Shown here piece after piece: positions 56,883 to 64,000 of a DNA stretch of 64,000 bases. Each line of letters starts with the position of its first letter. Within the stretch, counting starts at the first letter, position 1. The stretch is from a candidate division FCPU426 bacterium (lineage in GTDB: Bacteria > Oederibacteriota > Muellerivitia > Muellerivitales > Muellerivitaceae): NCBI GenBank assembly GCA_963738405.1, contig CAVTWJ010000009.1, positions 128,001 through 192,000 on the forward strand, in the 5' to 3' direction. A model generated the notes under the pieces. That model saw only the letters and a list, made by a program, of their open reading frames with translations. It made no database searches and had not been told where the DNA came from. The translations under genes and the position numbers were made by a program.

Positions 56883-57535
56883 GCCAAGGCTTGTTTCAAA
56901 AGGAATATTGGGAAAGAAAATCCCTGGAAGAAAGACGCCCCCCCGACCACCCCGTGGTTCGGCATTACGCCCTCTCCAAGGTCCACGAGATCCAAAAAAA
57001 TCTCCGGCTTCCTGCCAACCCCAAAATTCTTGATCTTGGCTGCGGGAATGGTTTTTTCTCCCTTCCATTCAGCGAATTTGGCGTAACGGTGGGGGTGGAC
57101 TACTCCAGCCGGATGCTTCAAGCCAATGCCTTGGAACGGAAGGCTGAAATGGATGCCAACCATCTGGCCTTCCAAGACATGGCCTTTGATGTGGTTTTTT
57201 GCCACGCGCTTTTGCACCATGTGGAGGACCCAGCGAGGGTCCTTTCGGAGATGCGCAGGGTCAGTTCCAAATATGTGGTGGTCATGGAACCCAACCGCAA
57301 TAATCCTCTGATGTGGCTTTTTTCCGCGCTGGTACCGGAGGAGAGGAGAGCCCTAAAGTTTTCTCTTACCTATTTGAGGGGACTACTGGAACAAAACCAA
57401 CTAAGGGTGGTGGAGGCCTTTTCCCATGGACTTACGGTGCCCAACAAGACCCCCGGGTTCTTATTGCCCCTTGTGAAGCCTTTGGATTTCCGCTATCCCT
57501 TGGGCATGACGAATATTTTGATTGCCGAACGCTAA
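56879..57535 (+). CDS. Class I SAM-dependent methyltransferase
   Basis: ILDLGCGNG, FDVVF, LLHH. Confidence 0.88.
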   Translation: MSQGLFQKEYWERKSLEERRPPDHPVVRHYALSKVHEIQKNLRLPANPKILDLGCGNGFFSLPFSEFGVTVGVDYSSRMLQANALERKAEMDANHLAFQDMAFDVVFCHALLHHVEDPARVLSEMRRVSSKYVVVMEPNRNNPLMWLFSALVPEERRALKFSLTYLRGLLEQNQLRVVEAFSHGLTVPNKTPGFLLPLVKPLDFRYPLGMTNILIAER

Positions 57536-57540
57536 CCTCT

Positions 57541-58212
57541 TTAAACACCGGCTTTTCCTTTTTTCACCCGATCCAAAAGTTCCGCGAGAGATAAGTTGGA
57601 CATGGATTCAATGCGCTCATCCGCGTGGGCCAGATCCAGCCGGATTGTGACCGAGTTCGGCACCGCCACGCAAAAAAGTCCCGCGGCCCGGGCGGCCCGG
57701 ATGCCGTTGGGGGAATCCTCAAAAGCCAGGCCCTCTTCGGGCCGCGCGCCCAGGGCCTCCAGGGCGGATAGATAAAGCTCCGGATCGGGCTTCACCTTTT
57801 TCACGTGATCGGCGGTGCGGATCACCTGGAAATATTCCCTTAATCTCAGCCGGTCCAAGTGGCCTTCCACCCAATCCCGGTGGGAACTGGAGGCCACCGC
57901 GAGGGAAAGGTTTTTCCGGCGGGCTTCCACCAGGTAATCCAAAACCCCCGGGCGTGGTTTCATGTCTTTCAACAGTTCTTGATACCGGGTTTGGTGGCGC
58001 TGTTTGATCTCTTCACGGGGAAGGGGCTTGCCGGCTTTTTTTTCCAGGTCGGTATAAACGTCAAAAGCATGGTGAGAGGTGCCGATACAGGAAGCCCAAT
58101 CGGAAAGAAACAGTTTCCCCCCATAGGAGTCGTAGATTTCTTCCCAAGCCTGGAAAATCACCGTTTCGGTGTCCAGGATGAGGCCGTCGAAGTCGAAAAT
58201 GAGTGCTTTCAT
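57541..58212 (-). CDS. HAD-family phosphatase
   Basis: DFDGLILDT, KPDP, FEDSPNG. Confidence 0.9.
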   Translation of the reverse strand: MKALIFDFDGLILDTETVIFQAWEEIYDSYGGKLFLSDWASCIGTSHHAFDVYTDLEKKAGKPLPREEIKQRHQTRYQELLKDMKPRPGVLDYLVEARRKNLSLAVASSSHRDWVEGHLDRLRLREYFQVIRTADHVKKVKPDPELYLSALEALGARPEEGLAFEDSPNGIRAARAAGLFCVAVPNSVTIRLDLAHADERIESMSNLSLAELLDRVKKGKAGV

Positions 58213-58340
58213 GCGGCGGGATTTTACCAGCGGTGGGGTGAATGTCCAGCCTTTCCCCGGCGGATTTTCAACGCCCTAGGGGCAGACAAAAAAATCTCTT
58301 GGGATAAACTAAGGCCATCCATTTCGGAAGCGGAGTTTAC

Positions 58341-59129
58341 TTGAATCAGAAACCAAACGGCGGGGAAGCGGTCTTAGAGGTAGATAACATCACTCTGGCC
58401 TTCGGCGGCCTGGTGGCGGTGGATCATTTTTCCCTCACTCTCCATGAGGGGGAACTGGCCGGTCTTATCGGGCCCAACGGCGCGGGTAAGACGACCGTCT
58501 TTAACTTGTTATCTGGCATCTACCGGCCTGCGGAGGGAGAAATCCGCTTGAAGCGACAATCCCTTCTGGGCCTCAAACCCAACCGGATCACTCATTTGGG
58601 GCTGGTCCGGACCTTTCAGAACATCCGCCTTTTCAAAGATCTTACCGTTGAAGCCAATATCCAAGTGGCCTTCCACCACCAAAACCCCTACGGCCTTTCC
58701 GCCGCGCTTCTTCACACCAAAAGATTCCTGGACGCCGAAGAACGTTTCGCTGGTGAAACCTGGAAACTCATGGAGGTTATGGACTTAACCCATCGGGCGG
58801 GAACCCTGGCGGGGGCCCTTCCTTATGGCGACCAGAAAAAGCTGGAAATCGCCCGGGCTTTGGCGACGGGGGCGAGGGTATTGCTTTTGGATGAGCCGGC
58901 GGCGGGCATGAACCCCCAGGAGACCCTTTGGCTGACCCAGGTCATCCGCAGGATTCGGGAGGAATTCAAACTATCGATTCTTTTGATCGAGCACGACATG
59001 AGGGTGGTGATGGGCATTTGCGAGAGAATCCACGTAATGGACTACGGGGTCAAGATAGCGGAAGGAAGCCCCAAGGATATTCAAAACGACCCCAAAGTCA
59101 TCGAAGCTTACTTGGGAAAAAAGAAATGA
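58341..59129 (+). CDS. livG: Branched-chain amino acid ABC ATPase
   Basis: GPNGAGKT, RTFQNIRLF, LPYG, DEPAAG. Confidence 0.9.
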   Translation: MNQKPNGGEAVLEVDNITLAFGGLVAVDHFSLTLHEGELAGLIGPNGAGKTTVFNLLSGIYRPAEGEIRLKRQSLLGLKPNRITHLGLVRTFQNIRLFKDLTVEANIQVAFHHQNPYGLSAALLHTKRFLDAEERFAGETWKLMEVMDLTHRAGTLAGALPYGDQKKLEIARALATGARVLLLDEPAAGMNPQETLWLTQVIRRIREEFKLSILLIEHDMRVVMGICERIHVMDYGVKIAEGSPKDIQNDPKVIEAYLGKKK

Positions 59130-59872
59130 CGCCACCATTGCTTGACATCCAAAACCTGGGCGTTTATTACGAGGCTGTTCAAGCGCTTCGAGGAGTAAGT
59201 CTTCATGTAGATAAGGGTTCCATCGTTAGTTTAATTGGCGCCAACGGGGCGGGTAAGTCGACCGTGTTGAGGTCTGTTTCTGGCTTGAAGCGTCCTTCCA
59301 CGGGCGAAATTGTCTTTAATGGAGAAAACACCTCAAAAATACAGCCCCATGAGCTGGTTCAAAAGGGAATCGTGCAATGTCCGGAGGGAAGGGGAATCTT
59401 TCCCAACCTAACCGTCCTAGAAAATTTGGACCTGGGAGCTTTTGTAAGGAAAGAAAAGCTGGAAATCCGAAGGGATTTGGAGCATATCTATTCCCTTTTC
59501 CCAAGGCTTCACGAAAGAAAAGGTCAGTCAGCCGGAACCCTCTCCGGCGGGGAACAACAGATGCTGGCCATCGGGCGGGGCCTCATGGCCCGTCCCCAAT
59601 TACTGCTTCTGGACGAACCCTCGCTGGGCTTGGCGCCACAGGTAATTGAGCTGATTTTTGAGATCATCAGAAAAATTAATGACGAAGGAACCACTATCCT
59701 ATTGGTGGAGCAAAACGCCCAGTTGGCGCTCGAAATTTCCAATTACGCCTATGTTTTGGAAACGGGTTCCACTCTTTTAGAGGGGCCAGCCGATCAAGTC
59801 TTGGCGAATCCCAAGGTAAAAGAAGCTTATTTAGGTGAAACGGTCCTGGATGGCTCCGCCCAACCCCGTTGA
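59126..59872 (+). CDS. livF: Branched-chain amino acid ABC ATPase
   Basis: ATGA overlap start MTPPLL; GANGAGKS, PEGR, LSGGEQQM, DEPSLGLAP. Confidence 0.9.
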   Translation: MTPPLLDIQNLGVYYEAVQALRGVSLHVDKGSIVSLIGANGAGKSTVLRSVSGLKRPSTGEIVFNGENTSKIQPHELVQKGIVQCPEGRGIFPNLTVLENLDLGAFVRKEKLEIRRDLEHIYSLFPRLHERKGQSAGTLSGGEQQMLAIGRGLMARPQLLLLDEPSLGLAPQVIELIFEIIRKINDEGTTILLVEQNAQLALEISNYAYVLETGSTLLEGPADQVLANPKVKEAYLGETVLDGSAQPR

Positions 59873-60051
59873 CCCTTAGGTTCCAAAAATAATCCTGATT
59901 TAGCACCTGTTTTATTGATGATATAATCCATTTGCTTTCTGGCTGGGATTGAAGTCCCTGGCGTACCGGCATGAATTTGAACCTGAGGCCTTCGCTGAAA
60001 CGGGGGAGCGGGCTTTCGTTTGATGAATTATTATTTTTATGGAGGATTTTC

Positions 60052-61008
60052 ATGAAACGCCTGCTGAGCCTATTCATTTTTCTCGCGTTGTTAGCCGTCT
60101 CGCTCCCCGCCGCCAGCCAAACCGCCAATGCCGCCGCCTATTACAATTACGGCAACCAGCTTTACGCGGCCAAAGATTACGCGAAGGCGGTTTCTTATTA
60201 CAAATACGCGACCCAGCTGGATCCGACCAACGCGGCGGCTTTCCAGGGATTGGGCAACGCCTATTACCAGTCGGGTGACAAATCAAACGCCTTGGCGGCT
60301 TATCAACAAGCCAAGACCTTGAACCCCTCCAACACCCAATTGGATCCAGTCATCAATTACCTTCAAACCCAGGTGAGCGCGACTCCCCCCATGCCCGCCA
60401 CTACAACCGAGGGCAATAGCCAACTTTCGAATAAAAACGCAGACAAGAAATTGGATGTGGACGTCCACGCCGGGTTTGGACTGGGGACCAACAGCGGATA
60501 TGGATTCGGATTTGGCGGTGGCGCGGGTGCTTTCTACATGCTGGATAAGAGCTTGGGGCTGGGAGCCGACGCGGGTTTTTACACTTTCGGCCTTGGTTCG
60601 GCGAGCGGAAGCTCGGGAGGAACCACGGTATCAGTTAGCGCAAGCCAAAGTTTCTTTGAAATCGCAGCTTGCGGGAAATACGTCATGGAGGGCGATAGCC
60701 TTCGCCCCTTCCTTTTCGGCGGAGTTGGAATAGCGGATGCAATTTCCTCCGTCTCCGGTTCCGCATCCGGCTCTGTCACTGGTTCCGGATCCGAATCTTC
60801 CTCCGAAGTGGACCCACTGATTGTCTTAGGCGGCGGGTTTAACATTCCGGCGGGACAAAACATGGACTTCTTTGCCCGTGTCAAGGTCAGCATTGTGATG
60901 GTCCCGGGAGTCGCGGTGACGAATGCTTACAGCGGGGGCACTACGACGGTGGGCGGCGGAACCGTCATGTATATACCCGTTGAAGGCGGGTTGGCGTTCA
61001 ATATGTAA
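60052..61008 (+). CDS. TPR protein fused to a C-terminal outer-membrane beta-barrel
   Basis: GGAGG SD, MKRLL signal peptide, two TPR, Gly/aromatic beta strands. Confidence 0.75.
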   Translation: MKRLLSLFIFLALLAVSLPAASQTANAAAYYNYGNQLYAAKDYAKAVSYYKYATQLDPTNAAAFQGLGNAYYQSGDKSNALAAYQQAKTLNPSNTQLDPVINYLQTQVSATPPMPATTTEGNSQLSNKNADKKLDVDVHAGFGLGTNSGYGFGFGGGAGAFYMLDKSLGLGADAGFYTFGLGSASGSSGGTTVSVSASQSFFEIAACGKYVMEGDSLRPFLFGGVGIADAISSVSGSASGSVTGSGSESSSEVDPLIVLGGGFNIPAGQNMDFFARVKVSIVMVPGVAVTNAYSGGTTTVGGGTVMYIPVEGGLAFNM

Positions 61009-61018
61009 AGTTTGGGGA

Positions 61019-61063
61019 TTTCCCGCCCTTTTTCCCCGGGGAGAGGGGCGGGAAAACTTTTTT
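61019..61063 (+). terminator. Intrinsic terminator
   Basis: TTTCCCGCCC...GGGCGGGAAA followed by T tract. Confidence 0.7.
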
Positions 61064-61097
61064 AAATTTGATCCTCCTCTTGTAGGGTAAATCCACT

Positions 61098-61496
61098 ATG
61101 AAAATCTCCGTTTTCTTTCTCATGCTATTCTTGATTTTAGTATTTCAAAATCCGGGTACAGTCTGGGCGCAGGAACACGCTCCTGATTTTCTGCGGTTGG
61201 GCACCCAGGCCTTTCGCAATAAGCAGTACGACATGGCCATTTCCTACTACAATTCAGCTATTGATGAGGACACGAATTATTGGCCCGCCTATCAAGCCCT
61301 TGGAACCCTTTACTACATAAAAAAAAACTACAAGGAAGCCCTGAAAAATTTCCAAAAAGCCTTCGATCTGAATCCCGATAGCGAACCCTTAAGAAAGTTC
61401 GTGAGTTATCTGAGAGTGAAACAGGGCCAATCACCCCTGCCGATGGCGACTCCCACGCCGGTTTTTAAGATGCCCCAGGCCGTTCCGGCCCAGTAG
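61098..61496 (+). CDS. Exported TPR protein
   Basis: Signal peptide; AYQALG...A...FQKAFDLNP. Confidence 0.8.
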   Translation: MKISVFFLMLFLILVFQNPGTVWAQEHAPDFLRLGTQAFRNKQYDMAISYYNSAIDEDTNYWPAYQALGTLYYIKKNYKEALKNFQKAFDLNPDSEPLRKFVSYLRVKQGQSPLPMATPTPVFKMPQAVPAQ

Positions 61497-61571
61497 GGAA
61501 TTCCCAAAAACCTTGTTTTGACCCCATACGCCTCGTAAGATAGCCCCCGTTTGTCTTCCGGAGGCCCGTAG

Positions 61572-62987
61572 TTGCGCAATACATTCAAAAATATCTTCAA
61601 GTTTCTTTCTTCCCTCAAGCTGGCGGTTCCCCTTCTCTTCATCCTGGTGGTTCTGTTGGCGACAGGAACCATCGTGGAATCAAGATCCTCCACCTGGGCG
61701 GCCAAGCATTACGTCTATTCCACATGGTGGTTTGGGTCTTTTTTGTTCCTCTTAGGAACCAACGTGTTTTGTTCCGCCCTCTCCCGATACCCCTGGAAAA
61801 AACACCAGACTGGTTTTGTCATTACCCACTCGGGGATTTTGCTCGTCCTATTCGGCTCCATGGTGACCCAGCAGTGGGGAAATGACGGCCAGATCGCCCT
61901 GTCCGAGGGCGAGTCCGGGCATATCTTTCAAGAAGACAAGCCCACCTTTTACACCCAGGACGGGGACGACGCTCCCCAGACCTTTTCCGCCCAGTTCACC
62001 TTTGGGACGCCCGACCCCGACCATCCCAAAACCTGGAAACTGGATAAGGGCGGGCTGGCTATCGTGAACCAATATTATTTCAACGCCCAAAAGAAGATAT
62101 TGGCCCAGGCCCCGGAAGAAGGAAAAAAAGGCGTCCCGGCGGTGCGTTTGGTTTTGGCCAGTTCCTTCGTGAACCAGGACCAATGGCTATTCCTGGGGGA
62201 TAAGGATTACAGCCAGATCGATTTGGGCCCCGCTTCGGTTTATTTCATGACTCCTTCCGCCTGGAAGGCGAAGGTCAAACAATTGGGCGGCAATCTTCCC
62301 CCGAACGCCTTGGTCCTTCTCTCCGGCCCCCAGGGTGACATCCATTACCAGACCCGGCACCGGGGTGAATGGACTCCGCTACAACCCCTGACATTGGGGG
62401 CGGATAATTCCACCGGCTGGATGGACATGCAGTTTAAGGTCACGGATCAAAGGGCCCAGGCGGTGCCTGAAGAAGAATTCGACGCCCAGCCCCTGCCCGA
62501 ACAGAAGGACCCCGAACCGGCCCTGCATTACGAGGTCTTAAGGGGAGCCGAAAGGCATGAAAGCTGGATCGGCTACCAAAGCCAGCAAAGTTTCACCTTA
62601 GGGGGCAAAACCTTCGCGGTGGCCTTCGGCCCCCGGCAGATTCCCCTGCCTTTTGGCATCCAACTGGTCAAGTTCAAGCTGGGGCTCGATCCCGGCACCG
62701 ACAAACCCGCCTCCTACGCCAGCGACGTCAACGTGCTCGACCCGGAAAATGAAACCCAGGTTCCCACCCAGATCTTCATGAACCATCCCCTGCACCGGGA
62801 CGGCTATACCCTCTTTCAGGCCAGCTATTCCAAGGACCCGGACGGGAAATATATCTCGGTTTTTGCGGTGGGGAAGGACCCGGGCATTGTCTATAAATAT
62901 GGCGGGGCACTGGTTATGATCTTTGGAATCATCTTAATGTTCTGGTTCAAGAATCCCGCCTTAAAAAAAGGGGAAGCGAATGCCTAA
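61572..62987 (+). CDS. resB: Cytochrome c biogenesis ResB/Ccs1-like protein
   Basis: LSSLKLAV, GTIVES, YSTWWF, ITHSG, MNHPL...FQASY, DPG. Confidence 0.85.
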   Translation: MRNTFKNIFKFLSSLKLAVPLLFILVVLLATGTIVESRSSTWAAKHYVYSTWWFGSFLFLLGTNVFCSALSRYPWKKHQTGFVITHSGILLVLFGSMVTQQWGNDGQIALSEGESGHIFQEDKPTFYTQDGDDAPQTFSAQFTFGTPDPDHPKTWKLDKGGLAIVNQYYFNAQKKILAQAPEEGKKGVPAVRLVLASSFVNQDQWLFLGDKDYSQIDLGPASVYFMTPSAWKAKVKQLGGNLPPNALVLLSGPQGDIHYQTRHRGEWTPLQPLTLGADNSTGWMDMQFKVTDQRAQAVPEEEFDAQPLPEQKDPEPALHYEVLRGAERHESWIGYQSQQSFTLGGKTFAVAFGPRQIPLPFGIQLVKFKLGLDPGTDKPASYASDVNVLDPENETQVPTQIFMNHPLHRDGYTLFQASYSKDPDGKYISVFAVGKDPGIVYKYGGALVMIFGIILMFWFKNPALKKGEANA

Positions 62988-64000
62988 AGAAACGACAAGA
63001 GATTTACCACCAAGGCACCAAGGCACCAAGAACGACCTAAAAGTTTTGGATAAAAACAACAAACCTGAATTTTTTTCGAGTTTAAAGCTGTTAAAAAATT
63101 TTTTGTCTTTCTTGGTGTCTTGGTGTCTTGGTGGTTCAATTGCCGTTTTGTTGTTGTTGGTTTCTCCGGTTTTCGCGGACGGATTGGATTTTTCCGCTCT
63201 GGCGAAGATCCCCATCCAGGATGGTGGCCGGGTGAAACCTTTGGATACCTTCGCTCGGGAAAGCGTGCGTATGGTGACGGGCCGGGAGCAATTTGAGGGG
63301 CGCAATTCCCTCGATACCCTCATGCAATGGCTGGCCCAGCCGGGCCCCTGGGACACGAAAGAATGTATTCTCATTGAGAACCTGGGATTGAAAGACATGC
63401 TGGGAATCCCCAAGGATCAGAAAAGGGCCATGCCGGTTTCCCTCATCCACAACGAAGGTTTCATCGCTTACGCCAACTCCAGTTTCAACAAACAGCAGAA
63501 AAAAATGACTCTGGACCCGACGGCCAAGGAAGCTTTGGCGGTTTTTGGAAGGCTCCAAAGGCTGGAAGATATTGAATCGGGCGCGGCCATGAACGTGATT
63601 CCCCTGCCGGACCCGACCACCCAGAAATGGGCCTCGCTGGACGATTTCCGCCAGGCCTATGAGCGGGACGGTTCCAAAATGCCCGACGCCGCCAGAACTA
63701 TTTTGGCAACCTTTGGCCACCTCATGGAAGCCTACAAGGCTGGCGATGCCGCTAATTTCACCACGGCTTGCGAAAACTTCGACCAGATTTTGCGCGAGGT
63801 CGGGGCCAAGGATTACCCGGACCCGGGAAAGTTATCCTTGGAAATCCAATACAACTCGGTCAAACCCTTCCGCTGGGCCTGGATCATCCAGCTCACCGCC
63901 TTTCTCTTGATGGGTCTATCGACCATGCTGGGAATACGCGCCCTCTATTGGCCGGGCTTCGGGCTATTCGTCGGGGGAATTCTCATTAGCGTCTACGGGT
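62980..64000 (+). CDS. ccsA: Cytochrome c biogenesis CcsA, N-terminal part, runs off the window
   Basis: Not in the ORF track; open frame from ATG 62980 with IPIQDGGRVKPLDTFARE and LEIQYNSVKPF; follows resB. Confidence 0.8.
   Translation, partial: MPKETTRDLPPRHQGTKNDLKVLDKNNKPEFFSSLKLLKNFLSFLVSWCLGGSIAVLLLLVSPVFADGLDFSALAKIPIQDGGRVKPLDTFARESVRMVTGREQFEGRNSLDTLMQWLAQPGPWDTKECILIENLGLKDMLGIPKDQKRAMPVSLIHNEGFIAYANSSFNKQQKKMTLDPTAKEALAVFGRLQRLEDIESGAAMNVIPLPDPTTQKWASLDDFRQAYERDGSKMPDAARTILATFGHLMEAYKAGDAANFTTACENFDQILREVGAKDYPDPGKLSLEIQYNSVKPFRWAWIIQLTAFLLMGLSTMLGIRALYWPGFGLFVGGILISVYG
63006..63135. repeat. Inverted-repeat element with 8-bp internal periodicity inside the ccsA 5' end
   Basis: ACCACCAAGGCACCAAGGCACCAAGAA ... 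TTCTTGGTGTCTTGGTGTCTTGGTGGT (25/27 complementary). Confidence 0.85.

Noticed and set aside
59940..60025. Riboswitch upstream of the TPR-barrel gene
   Set aside because: Short hairpins only; I could not match TPP, c-di-GMP, c-di-AMP or SAM consensus
1..64000. CRISPR array, rRNA, IS transposase, integrase or prophage structural genes
   Set aside because: None recognisable in this window

Overview
Bacterial chromosome window from a probable diderm (outer-membrane barrels, TonB, lipoproteins); taxonomy cannot be fixed from sequence alone. Bases 1 to ~18640 are the right end of a largely AT-rich genomic island whose boundary cuts a tRNA-Ser(UGA) gene at its anticodon loop. The island carries SNF2-Mod-Res-AIPR (type III R-M), radC, an unannotated array of four translationally coupled Pro/Asp-rich micro-peptides facing a 3-TM protein, a TIR-Nmad2-TM module, a base-modification-like module (degenerate Dcd-TM, aGPT-Pplase1-like, Asp-type thymidylate synthase homolog), structured intergenic repeats, a Fic-MerR gene and two excisionase-like HTH genes. 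The rest is host-like: rpoD, dCMP deaminase, serS, amino-sugar and glycan modification genes (one split at an A_AAA_AAG site), three GT39-like glycosyltransferases, beta-barrel plus NHL-lipoprotein modules, exbBD-tonB, DCC1-LMF, livGF and resB-ccsA. Two host genes carry in-frame palindromic insertions. The best candidate for an undescribed system is 9096-14802. All family calls come from motif recognition by eye; no searches were run.
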